Shown piece by piece: positions 28,905 through 37,293 of a stretch of DNA of 64,000 nt (positions are counted from its first letter, which is position 1; each line of letters begins with the position of its first letter). A program made the translations under genes and the position numbers. The notes beneath the pieces were generated by a model. It saw nothing but the letters and a program-made list of their open reading frames with translations, did no database searches and was not told the DNA's origin. The DNA is from a virus. Its lineage: Duplodnaviria; Caudoviricetes. Location of the stretch: IMG/VR virus record IMGVR_UViG_3300022752_000013. One strand, written 5' to 3'.

Positions 28905-29927
28905 ATGACTGCTCGAATTGGCTTTTGTTGCAAATGGCTCAATGACCCAAGCGAATGTGGGGGCATGAAAGTCAATGCAAAGGACCGTGAATTAAACGGC
29001 AGATCAACTACCATGAGGTGGCTTCGCGAACACAAAGACGAAGCGGAACAACGTCAGTGGGACATCATGAATCACAATACATCAGCGGCTGTGAAGATGA
29101 TTGAGCGTGTGGCCACATTACCCGAAGGCAGACGCATGGTACGACTGGGCAGTGAAATGCTACAAGGCTACACTGAGAAAGATTGGATCAACTGGTGGCA
29201 ACGCACTGAGATTCAAGATCACTGTGCAAAGATATTTGCACCCATAGGCGAAACTGCAAGACGACTAGGTGTGCGACTGAGTTTCCATCCTGGACAGTTT
29301 TGTGTGTTGGCCAGCGAGAGCGACGAGATTGTGGAACGCAGTATCCTCGAATTTGAATATCATGCAGACATGGCACGGTGGATGGGCTACGGCGAGACCT
29401 GGCATGATCATGGATTTAAAATTAACGTGCATTTATCGGGTAAAGGTGGTCCCGCTAAATTCCTGAAGACCTTGGGTCGTCTCACTCCAGAGGCCAGGAA
29501 CTTGATAACCATCGAGAATGACGAGATGACAAATGGATTGGACACTACTTTGGCTGTGGCTCAGCATGTGGCTCTTGTGTTGGATGTACACCACCACTGG
29601 ATCAACTCAGGCGAATATATCGAACCGCAGGACGTTCGTGCAAGTAGGGTTATTGACTCTTGGCGCGGTGTTCGTCCTGCAATGCATTTTAGTACTAGTC
29701 GCGAGGACGTTTTGGTCGATCATGATCCAGGAGTTCGACCAGACCTTGCTGAACTTCTTGCTAGAGGTTATAAAAAGCAGAAACTCCGAGCACACAGTGA
29801 CTTCTGTTGGAACCGGGCTGTGAACGCATGGGCACTGGGTTTTCGTGACCAGTTTGATATACAGGTAGAAGCCAAGGGCAAAAATCTTGCCAGTCAGCAG
29901 TTGTTTGACCAAAGTAACAATCAATGA
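28905..29927 (+). CDS. uvsE: UV damage repair endonuclease
   Basis: RIGFCCK, RLSFHPGQF, IENDE, LDVHHH and AHSD...EAKGK. Confidence 0.9.
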   Translation: MTARIGFCCKWLNDPSECGGMKVNAKDRELNGRSTTMRWLREHKDEAEQRQWDIMNHNTSAAVKMIERVATLPEGRRMVRLGSEMLQGYTEKDWINWWQRTEIQDHCAKIFAPIGETARRLGVRLSFHPGQFCVLASESDEIVERSILEFEYHADMARWMGYGETWHDHGFKINVHLSGKGGPAKFLKTLGRLTPEARNLITIENDEMTNGLDTTLAVAQHVALVLDVHHHWINSGEYIEPQDVRASRVIDSWRGVRPAMHFSTSREDVLVDHDPGVRPDLAELLARGYKKQKLRAHSDFCWNRAVNAWALGFRDQFDIQVEAKGKNLASQQLFDQSNNQ

Positions 29928-30991
29928 TAAAAATATGGTTGTCTGACAGAGCAAATTGGATAGATTATATAATCCGTACCAATGGTAACCACGTTGAAAT
30001 TGTCCAAGACCTAACACAAATAAAATCAGAATCTGATTCTAAGAATGTGGTGGTAGACATGATGCAGAGTAATAGCAGTTGTACCATTGAAGAAATACTA
30101 GAATATAACAAAATATTTGATCGAATAGTGTTGATCAATTGTGAAACACGTTCGGATCTAATGCAAATGGTACAGAGATTTGATCTAGCAAAAGTTCGAT
30201 TTATAAATCTTAGTCATTTAAATTATACTCCCCATAGTATGAAAATAACAGGAGTAGAAACTTTTTTTGGGGAAGTTCGAAAATTATATCATAACACTAA
30301 CTATGAGTCTCTTAACAATCTAAAGCCGTTGGTATCAAAAAATCTATATTTTGATGCTCTATTAGGAATGCCAAAAAAACACAGAGACTTTGTGCATCAA
30401 AAAATGCAAAATTATGGTGCCGACAAATTCTTTATACGATATCAACGTCCAGGGCAAACATTAGATGATTCTTTAAAAAATAATAATTGGCACTGGCCGG
30501 CTGGTGCCCTAATTAAATCAGAAACAGATCAAAAAAATTGGTACTCGGGTAATCAAATAAAGTTTGCAGATATGACAACCAACATATCTAACATTGTGCC
30601 TGTTGATATATATAATGACACATGCTACAGTATTGTAACAGAAAGTTTTTTTCTATCAGATTTTGTAATGCTGACAGAAAAAACTGCCAAGCCATTGATT
30701 GCCAAAAGATTATTTGTGATGTTTGCAGGTCCGGGTTATCTAGCACACCTGCATCGTTTGGGATTTCGAACGTTTGATTCAGTGATAGATGAAAGTTATG
30801 ATCTTGAACTTGATGCTGAAACAAGGTGGACTCGGGCATTTGATCAGGTAGAATACTTGTGTAATCAACCACAAGAATTAATATTGCAAAAAATACAGCC
30901 CATTTTGGAACATAACTACAATCTTTTTGTAGACCGAGACTGGAATCAAGAATACGAGCAAGCCATTGCCACTGCTGTAACTGATTTCTAA
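29924..30991 (+). CDS. Putative glycosyltransferase-like protein (TEKT family)
   Basis: YSIVTES...LTEKTAKPL...GFRTF..VIDESYD. Confidence 0.6.
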   Translation: MIKIWLSDRANWIDYIIRTNGNHVEIVQDLTQIKSESDSKNVVVDMMQSNSSCTIEEILEYNKIFDRIVLINCETRSDLMQMVQRFDLAKVRFINLSHLNYTPHSMKITGVETFFGEVRKLYHNTNYESLNNLKPLVSKNLYFDALLGMPKKHRDFVHQKMQNYGADKFFIRYQRPGQTLDDSLKNNNWHWPAGALIKSETDQKNWYSGNQIKFADMTTNISNIVPVDIYNDTCYSIVTESFFLSDFVMLTEKTAKPLIAKRLFVMFAGPGYLAHLHRLGFRTFDSVIDESYDLELDAETRWTRAFDQVEYLCNQPQELILQKIQPILEHNYNLFVDRDWNQEYEQAIATAVTDF

Positions 30992-30993
30992 TC

Positions 30994-31011
30994 TTGTAAT
31001 ATTATCGTAAT
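30994..31011 (+). promoter_or_regulatory. Pho-box-like tandem repeat 1
   Basis: TTGTAAT-ATTA-TCGTAAT, 11-bp period, about 10 nt before TATAAATA. Confidence 0.5.
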
Positions 31012-31029
31012 GTGTACATATATAAATAA

Positions 31030-31103
31030 ACTTAACCGCACACAACGATAGAGTGTGACCAGAACTCGTAACTGGTACTAAGCACCGCAAGGTGCTTTTT
31101 TTT
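31030..31103 (+). ncRNA. Candidate small RNA (two 5-bp hairpins plus terminator)
   Basis: TATAAATA at 31021; CACAC-9nt-GTGTG; ACCAG-9nt-CTGGT; AAGCACC-GCAA-GGTGCTT-Tn; no ORF. Confidence 0.55.
31080..31103 (+). terminator. Rho-independent terminator
   Basis: AAGCACC-GCAA-GGTGCTT followed by a T run. Confidence 0.9.
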
Positions 31104-31128
31104 GGGCTAGTTTTAAAATTAAACACGG

Positions 31129-31146
31129 TAGTCATAAAAATGTCAA
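31129..31146 (+). promoter_or_regulatory. Pho-box-like tandem repeat 2
   Basis: TAGTCAT-AAAA-ATGTCAA, compared with the PhoB consensus CTGTCAT-A(A/T)A(A/T)-CTGTCAY. Confidence 0.65.
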
Positions 31147-31170
31147 AAAATCCCGCTCTATAAATAAGGG

Positions 31171-31818
31171 ATGAAACCCACTATAGCCCTGTTCATTTAC
31201 GATCCCAAGTGTAGTGTACAAAGCGGCAATGGTATTATTCGAGCATTACAATCACACTACAACTTCAAGATATTCGGCAAGAATGAACTGGAAAAAGTTT
31301 TCTTTGACGATGTAGACATGATTGCAGTTCCGGGTGGACTGGGAGATGCCAGCAGTTATGAAACTGCATTCCGATACAATGCCCAACCAGTACGAGACTT
31401 TGTGGCCGATGGTGGTCGATATCTTGGCATCTGCATGGGTGCTTACTGGGCCGGAAGTCACTATCTCAACATCTTGCAAGACGTGGATGCTGAACAATAT
31501 ATCTGTCGCCCGGCAACAGACACACGCAGACCACATGCTAAGAATTTAGATGTGCATTGGAATCATGTTCCTCAAAAAATGTTCTTCTACGATGGCTGTG
31601 CCTTGGTAGGTGATACAAACAAATTCCAAACCGTGGCCACATACACGAACGGTGATGCCATGGCTATTCAACAAAACAACATTGGCTTGATCGGGTGTCA
31701 TCCTGAAAGTGAACAGTTCTGGTACGACAGTTATTCATGGATGCGTGGCCAATATCACAACGGTCGACATCATGGCATGTTGTTGGATTTTGTGGACCAA
31801 ATGTTTGTAACAAAATAG
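31171..31818 (+). CDS. Class I glutamine amidotransferase-like / BPL_N-like protein
   Basis: AVPGGLG, YLGICMGAY (nucleophile elbow) and HPE. Confidence 0.8.
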   Translation: MKPTIALFIYDPKCSVQSGNGIIRALQSHYNFKIFGKNELEKVFFDDVDMIAVPGGLGDASSYETAFRYNAQPVRDFVADGGRYLGICMGAYWAGSHYLNILQDVDAEQYICRPATDTRRPHAKNLDVHWNHVPQKMFFYDGCALVGDTNKFQTVATYTNGDAMAIQQNNIGLIGCHPESEQFWYDSYSWMRGQYHNGRHHGMLLDFVDQMFVTK

Positions 31819-31822
31819 TAAC
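31805..31822 (+). promoter_or_regulatory. Pho-box-like tandem repeat 3
   Basis: TTGTAAC-AAAA-TAGTAAC, 11 nt before TAAATA and the plcP start. Confidence 0.55.
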
Positions 31823-31843
31823 ACAATTCTGCCTAAATACTAG

Positions 31844-32638
31844 ATGCCAAAAACATACCGCAGTATTTTTATCAGTGATGTGCATCTTGGCACAAGAGAC
31901 TGCAAGGCAGAAGAACTAAACAATTTTTTAAAGCACAACTCGTGCGATACCCTGTACCTAGTGGGTGACATCATTGACGCCTGGAAGATACAACAAAACC
32001 GGTGGCGATGGAAACAAAGCCACACCAATGTGGTACGTCGTATACTGGGTCATGCCAAACGCGGCACTCGCGTGGTATTCATAGCAGGCAATCATGATGA
32101 ATTCCTGCGTCCCATGATACCATATGGTTTTAGTTTTGGACTAATAGAGATTCAAAATCAAACTGAACACATTGGTGCAGACGGCCGACATTATCTTGTG
32201 GTGCATGGAGACCTGTTTGATGGTATCACAAGACTGGCACCGTGGATAGCATTTTTAGGAGACCGAGCATATGACTTTATTCTTGCGCTTAATAGCCGAT
32301 TTAATTGGCTACTGCATCGTTTTGGTATTGGGTACTTTAGTCTTAGCCAGTACCTTAAAAAACGAGTGAAGAAGGCTGTAGACTTTATTTTCCACTTTGA
32401 AAAAAATCTAGCCAATTACTGTCGAAAGCGAGGCTACGATGGAGTGATATGTGGACACATACATCATGCAGAGATCAAAGAGATAGATGGTGTTGTATAC
32501 ATGAATGATGGTGACTGGGTTGAATCATGCACCGCTCTAGTGGAACATCATACCGGACGCTGGGAGATTGTAACATGGACACAAAAAAATGACAAAGAAG
32601 ATACTGATAATAACAGACAACTTACCGGACCAGATTAA
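31844..32638 (+). CDS. plcP: PlcP-like phospholipase C (LpxH-like metallophosphoesterase)
   Basis: YRSIFISDVHLG, LVGDIID, GNHDEFLR, HGDLFD, GVICGHIH and YMNDGDWVESCTALVEH. Confidence 0.75.
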   Translation: MPKTYRSIFISDVHLGTRDCKAEELNNFLKHNSCDTLYLVGDIIDAWKIQQNRWRWKQSHTNVVRRILGHAKRGTRVVFIAGNHDEFLRPMIPYGFSFGLIEIQNQTEHIGADGRHYLVVHGDLFDGITRLAPWIAFLGDRAYDFILALNSRFNWLLHRFGIGYFSLSQYLKKRVKKAVDFIFHFEKNLANYCRKRGYDGVICGHIHHAEIKEIDGVVYMNDGDWVESCTALVEHHTGRWEIVTWTQKNDKEDTDNNRQLTGPD

Positions 32639-33590
32639 TGGCGTGGTTACCACTTACAAGAACATTGAGGCTTGTGCGGTATTGGATGGTTATACTGTGG
32701 ATTATATTGATCCCGGGCGGTTCCGCTATGTTGATTGTCCTGGCTACAACGAAGTCAAACTTGCCATTCCGCGGGAGATGGGCAAGAAGATCGAAGAGAT
32801 TGATCCGGATCATATCCACATCGCCACAGAAGGTCCTCTTGGTCTGTGGGCTAGAAAGTATCTTTCAATATGTGGTTATAGGTATAACACCGCTTATCAT
32901 ACTAAGTTTCCTGAAGGGTTAAAGAAACTGTTTGGTATTCCTGAAGCAGTGACTTGGCCCTTGGTGCGTTGGTTTCACAAACATTCGGGCAAAGTTCTGA
33001 CCACAACCGAAACCATGGTACGTGAATTACAATCACACGGGTTTAAAGGTCAAATTGTTCCGTGGACTCGCGGTGTTGACCGTGCAATCTTTAATCCTAC
33101 TCATAGACAAAAAACCATCAGTCGATACATCTTGTGTGTGAGCCGTGTGAGCAAAGAAAAGAATCTTGAAAAGTTTCTTAAAATGGACTATCCGGGGTTC
33201 TTAAAGATCATGGTGGGTGACGGTCCCATGTTGGAAACTTATCGCCGGCAGTATCCTGAGGTTTGCTTTACAGGATTCAAAACAGGAGTGGATCTAGCCC
33301 AATACTATGCCAACGCCGAAGTATTTGTGTTTCCCAGTCAATGGGAAACATTTGGCATTGTGATGATTGAAGCCATGGCCTGTGGAACTCCTGTGGCTGC
33401 CTATCCTTGTCAAGGCCCCGAAGATGTCATTGACGAAGGTGTCACTGGCTGTATGAACACAGATTTAAAGCAGGCCGTCACTGATTGTTTGTTTTTAAAT
33501 CGACAAGGTGTGTGGCAAGGTAGTCAACGTTGGTCATGGGAACGTGCCTGGGCGATATTTAAAGACAACTTGGTGCCAGCAAAGTCATAG
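32589..33590 (+). CDS. GT4 glycosyltransferase (Agt/PimA-like glycolipid synthase)
   Basis: QINGVVTT, IHIATEGPLG, YHTKFPE, RVSKEKNL and ETFGIVMIEAMACG; overlaps the plcP-like gene. Confidence 0.85.
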   Translation: MTKKILIITDNLPDQINGVVTTYKNIEACAVLDGYTVDYIDPGRFRYVDCPGYNEVKLAIPREMGKKIEEIDPDHIHIATEGPLGLWARKYLSICGYRYNTAYHTKFPEGLKKLFGIPEAVTWPLVRWFHKHSGKVLTTTETMVRELQSHGFKGQIVPWTRGVDRAIFNPTHRQKTISRYILCVSRVSKEKNLEKFLKMDYPGFLKIMVGDGPMLETYRRQYPEVCFTGFKTGVDLAQYYANAEVFVFPSQWETFGIVMIEAMACGTPVAAYPCQGPEDVIDEGVTGCMNTDLKQAVTDCLFLNRQGVWQGSQRWSWERAWAIFKDNLVPAKS

Positions 33591-33640
33591 TTTATTGTGT
33601 AGGTGCTTTTATTTCTAGTACCGGAGTTTAAATATATGCT

Positions 33641-33781
33641 ATGAGCAGTATTTTTGAAGAACTAAACGACCTAGTATCAGAAAACCCAGTTGGTAAAGTA
33701 CTGGGCATTACTTTGTTGATTCTTGTTTTCTCTGGAGCAGTTGCTCTTGGGTTTGCTTATTGGATAACACACAGGCATTGA
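33641..33781 (+). CDS. Small membrane protein (46 aa, not in ORF track)
   Basis: TTAAATA upstream; single TM helix. Confidence 0.45.
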   Translation: MSSIFEELNDLVSENPVGKVLGITLLILVFSGAVALGFAYWITHRH

Positions 33782-33782
33782 G

Positions 33783-34559
33783 TTATCTTCCCGAATATCT
33801 TTTAGGTTCGGCTTCCAGTTGACGTTGACGTTCTGTTTTGGGTACAATGCCGGTGCCCAATTGGGGGTATTTCTCAATTCTGTCTTGTATCACCAACGCC
33901 ATCATTAATCCAACTGACAATGCAATAACCACAGCCGCCACTCCCCATATAGCATTGGCCCAAATAGCATCCATACGCCTTTTTCTACGAACCGCCCGGA
34001 TATGGTCTTGTCTCATTTGTTTAGCGATAAGAATCTTTTGTTGCTTGCCCATGATCAGCATCATGTCTTCCACTTCAGAGTGTAAAGCACCCAATTCAGG
34101 AGGTGATTGATACACCATTATCTCACGAAGTTCTGTGCCCATCTGTTCCAGTTGTTTTTTCATCAGCACACGTTGTAGGGCACGTTTGCCTAGACTAGCA
34201 TCACCTTCATAGATCTCGTGCTGACTGTGCTTTTCTTCTTCTTCAAAGATAGCCATGCACTTGTAGTAGTTGTCGTAGTATGCACCAAGATGTTCGCCAA
34301 GTTCGGTATAGATGCCCGCAGTCTCGCCGTCGCGCTTGTTTAGTTCAATTACACGATTTTTTTCTTTTACAAATTGATTACGTGCTTCTACGCTGACTGG
34401 TTTGTCAGGTGGATGTGCTTTGGCAAATTGCTCGTCGAGATCTTTGAGCACAGCCTTGACATCGCCAGCGGCACCTTTGATGTCTTTGTACAGTTGACAG
34501 CCTTTTTTCACAGCAGCCACAGCGCCATTGGCCAGGGCAAAGAGGGTTATGGGATCCAT
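33783..34559 (-). CDS. Hypothetical protein with C-terminal TM helix
   Basis: 258 aa; MDPITLFALANGAVAAVKKG. Confidence 0.75.
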   Translation of the reverse strand: MDPITLFALANGAVAAVKKGCQLYKDIKGAAGDVKAVLKDLDEQFAKAHPPDKPVSVEARNQFVKEKNRVIELNKRDGETAGIYTELGEHLGAYYDNYYKCMAIFEEEEKHSQHEIYEGDASLGKRALQRVLMKKQLEQMGTELREIMVYQSPPELGALHSEVEDMMLIMGKQQKILIAKQMRQDHIRAVRRKRRMDAIWANAIWGVAAVVIALSVGLMMALVIQDRIEKYPQLGTGIVPKTERQRQLEAEPKRYSGR

Positions 34560-34816
34560 TACTTGACCTCTTTCTTCAAACGATACTCAACACAGATTAC
34601 GATTCTATTGTTGACATCACCGATCCAGGCAGTTCGTACACATTCAGCAACACCGTGGTTGAGTCGTACTTCTCGTTCTCGAGCAGGTAGTTCTCGTGCC
34701 ACACTGGGTCGATCACCGCCATACATAGGCGAACTTGACACCATTGCAGACGCACATAGTATTAGCAATAATACCAAGATTACAATTCGATAGATAGCCC
34801 TTATTTTTGTCATCAT
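34559..34816 (-). CDS. Small secreted or membrane protein
   Basis: N-terminal hydrophobic segment; coupled to the downstream gene. Confidence 0.55.
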   Translation of the reverse strand: MMTKIRAIYRIVILVLLLILCASAMVSSSPMYGGDRPSVARELPAREREVRLNHGVAECVRTAWIGDVNNRIVICVEYRLKKEVK

Positions 34817-34870
34817 ACTTCCAGTTCTTACGCTGAGAACTCAAAGTATTTACAGCAATGGTTGCGTTAG

Positions 34871-34899
34871 ATTAAAGGGTGTTTAACTATTTTAGTCAA
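34871..34899 (-). promoter_or_regulatory. Sigma70-type promoter (minus strand)
   Basis: TTGACT-N17-TTTAAT on the reverse strand. Confidence 0.6.
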
Positions 34900-34900
34900 T

Positions 34901-34920
34901 AAAAAACCCCTTGCGGGGCA
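34901..34920 (-). terminator. Rho-independent terminator (minus strand)
   Basis: CCCC-GCAA-GGGG-TTTTTT on the reverse strand. Confidence 0.75.
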
Positions 34921-34923
34921 ATT

Positions 34924-35175
34924 TTAGTTGGTAGGAGTTTTCTTGGCTCGAGGTTTTTTGAGTACAACTGGCTTTTCAGCAGGCACCGCCTTAGGCTTGG
35001 CAAGTGCTCGGGACTTTTTAACAGGAGCAGTGGCTATCATTGGCGCCGGTTCCGGTGCAATTTCACTTGCTCTAGGAAATGGCCAATTGGTCACAGGCGC
35101 CTCAACTTTGTACGGTGCTTCGGTTGCGATCTCTTTTGATTTGCCAAAAAAGAATTCTTTGAACTTGTTAAACAT
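34924..35175 (-). CDS. Small protein with K/A/P-rich tail
   Basis: 83 aa; AGGAG RBS and TAAATA on the minus strand. Confidence 0.75.
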   Translation of the reverse strand: MFNKFKEFFFGKSKEIATEAPYKVEAPVTNWPFPRASEIAPEPAPMIATAPVKKSRALAKPKAVPAEKPVVLKKPRAKKTPTN

Positions 35176-35195
35176 GCTGTTCTCCTATAGAATAT

Positions 35196-36290
35196 TTAGC
35201 GTGGTAACCATGAACTAATGAAGTTCTGTATAGGTTTGTGACGATGCTCCATGTTCCTAATCAGTTGATAATTGTGTACTAAAATTTCTTGTGCCTGTGC
35301 GTACAGCAGTTGCGGATCAGTCTGGGCTAGAAATTCTACTGCTTGCCATGCTTTGGCCCAGCGTTTGCAATCATCAACTATTTCATCATAACTTTCGTCA
35401 ATTAAGTCTTCAAAAGTACGATAGCCCTGTGCTTGTAATTGTGCCAGTGCCCTATACCCACCAAATAGCACAAATACACGTTGACCATGAATTGCTTTTC
35501 CTGTTTTTTCAGTTAAAAATGCAGTTTGTGTAGGGTTAGTTTCAGCCACAATGCTGTACCAACTGTTTTCGTACACTGCTCGAGGAATAAAAACATTTAC
35601 ATTCATTGTTTCGTCAAAAAAATAATTGTTGCCTTTGTAGTAATAGTTGGCGCTGTTATCTTGGAGATCTGCTCGAGCAGTTGTAGTCATTTGCGCATGA
35701 TCAAGTTGATTTAATGCTGGCGATCTATAAAAATATTCTGCTCCATGACTGCCGCTTACTGACAGTAAAGTTTGATCGATAAAATTACTCTGTTGAATCC
35801 ACGCAGACAATTCACGTCTAACTGGGGTGGCTTGTCCTAGTAGTGCTTCAAACAAAAAATCACGTTGTACTGGTTGTTTTAATTCAAGATTTTGGTTGGC
35901 TGCACATACCCTATCAAACGTAGTCAGTGTAGGTGTATATACTTGTTCGTGCCTGGGCCAATATCGAGGCACACCTCCAGTTAACACAATCACGTGTGAA
36001 CATTTTGTTTGTTGTTGAAGATCACTGATAAATTTGTCGGGAGATAATTGACTGTCAATGATTTCTGGAGTGTATCCTATGACCATGTCTGCCCAACTGC
36101 AATCTTTAAAATGGTCGTTTTGAAAAATTTCTACTATGGCAATTTTTTTCCTAGAGTCATTGATAAATTTTTCAACTGGTTCCCAGACCACTTCACAGTC
36201 TGGAATCCAAGGCCATCCGTGCGACTCAGCATAATGTGCCGGAAACCCAAAATGGTAATTGTCGCACAAAATTAAGTAAGGTTTGGACAT
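35196..36290 (-). CDS. Putative glycosyltransferase-like protein (TEKT family)
   Basis: YSIVAET...FLTEKTGKAI...GYRTF..LIDESYD. Confidence 0.6.
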   Translation of the reverse strand: MSKPYLILCDNYHFGFPAHYAESHGWPWIPDCEVVWEPVEKFINDSRKKIAIVEIFQNDHFKDCSWADMVIGYTPEIIDSQLSPDKFISDLQQQTKCSHVIVLTGGVPRYWPRHEQVYTPTLTTFDRVCAANQNLELKQPVQRDFLFEALLGQATPVRRELSAWIQQSNFIDQTLLSVSGSHGAEYFYRSPALNQLDHAQMTTTARADLQDNSANYYYKGNNYFFDETMNVNVFIPRAVYENSWYSIVAETNPTQTAFLTEKTGKAIHGQRVFVLFGGYRALAQLQAQGYRTFEDLIDESYDEIVDDCKRWAKAWQAVEFLAQTDPQLLYAQAQEILVHNYQLIRNMEHRHKPIQNFISSWLPR

Positions 36291-36370
36291 GTGAGATATT
36301 TAACGATTAGTGATTGCTCACTAGTAAAAACCATTGATTTGCAGTTGCAGGATCATATATAATAGCACAT

Positions 36371-36426
36371 AGGACGCTGGATAGGCCGGGTCCTAAAGTA
36401 AACTCGCTTTATAGGAGAACCATATG
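36371..36426 (+). promoter_or_regulatory. Second ROSE-like RNA thermometer
   Basis: Hairpin AGGAC...GTCCT, then CUCGCU-UUAU-AGGAG occluding the SD with a bulged G. Confidence 0.55.
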
Positions 36427-36699
36427 TTTACAGCAGACGCAATCATCGATACAGTTCAAACTGGTAAAAAAACTTTCGTTAACACATTCGTAACAAACGA
36501 AGCAACCAAAGAAGCAATGATTAAATTCATTGACGCACAAGCCGATTACACCAAAAAAGCCTCCAAGGTTGGTTTGGACACAGCAACCACGCTCACAAGC
36601 GAAGCAATGAAACAAGTGCAAGAAGTGGTTAAATTTGACTATGTCAAAGCAGGACAAGAATTCTTCAAAGCATTCCAGCCAGCAACAAGTAAAAAGTAA
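36424..36699 (+). CDS. Phasin-like small helical protein
   Basis: Amphipathic helices; IDAQADYTKKA pattern. Confidence 0.5.
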   Translation: MFTADAIIDTVQTGKKTFVNTFVTNEATKEAMIKFIDAQADYTKKASKVGLDTATTLTSEAMKQVQEVVKFDYVKAGQEFFKAFQPATSKK

Positions 36700-36713
36700 T
36701 ACCTTAGTATTAC
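36696..36713. promoter_or_regulatory. Palindromic operator (perfect copy)
   Basis: GTAATAC-CTTA-GTATTAC. Confidence 0.75.
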
Positions 36714-36720
36714 CATTTGC

Positions 36721-36746
36721 AAGCCCTGTATAACGCAGGGCTTTCT
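36721..36746 (+). terminator. Rho-independent terminator
   Basis: AAGCCCTG-TATAACG-CAGGGCTT followed by T-rich sequence. Confidence 0.75.
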
Positions 36747-36747
36747 C

Positions 36748-36776
36748 TTGACCAATAATTGCCATTCTGCTATACT
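36748..36776 (+). promoter_or_regulatory. Sigma70-type early promoter
   Basis: TTGACC-N17-TATACT. Confidence 0.85.
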
Positions 36777-36782
36777 TGCCAC

Positions 36783-37070
36783 ATGAGATACTTAATACCG
36801 TTGATTGTTGTGGTAGCAGGCTGTGCCAATGTGCGTCCACCTGTGGATGTTACTCTCATACCCAATGACTGTGCCAACCAGCCGGCAATCATCAATTGGT
36901 TGGAAGAACAAAGCCGACTTTCCCCTTCAACTTTTTCTGACAAGGATCAATATGCAAGACACCGTGCCTCGATTCGCCAACGTGTATGGAATATGCGTTA
37001 CACTTGCAATCCTGCTGACTACAGGTTGCTCAACTGTGCAAAGAACGCCAATGGCGTTTGTGGATCTTGA
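36783..37070 (+). CDS. Putative lipoprotein
   Basis: MRYLIPLIVVVAGC lipobox. Confidence 0.7.
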   Translation: MRYLIPLIVVVAGCANVRPPVDVTLIPNDCANQPAIINWLEEQSRLSPSTFSDKDQYARHRASIRQRVWNMRYTCNPADYRLLNCAKNANGVCGS

Positions 37071-37293
37071 TCACTTCAAAGTCAATTGCAGAAAAAAAGG
37101 TGAGCAGATTGCATTCTTGCAAAGTATGAGACCCACAAATGATGAAAAATTACTTACAGGGTTCAGTGCTCTGTTACAACCCTGGACCTACATTACAGAT
37201 CCTTATGGGCATGACAGCAAACAAGCAGTATCAACAGGAAGATCAGAATGGGTAATAAATCAATTGTTAATGGAACTTCGCGACAACTGCTGA
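36982..37293 (+). CDS. Putative lipoprotein (start uncertain)
   Basis: GICVTLAILLTTGC lipobox. Confidence 0.6.
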   Translation: MYGICVTLAILLTTGCSTVQRTPMAFVDLDHFKVNCRKKGEQIAFLQSMRPTNDEKLLTGFSALLQPWTYITDPYGHDSKQAVSTGRSEWVINQLLMELRDNC

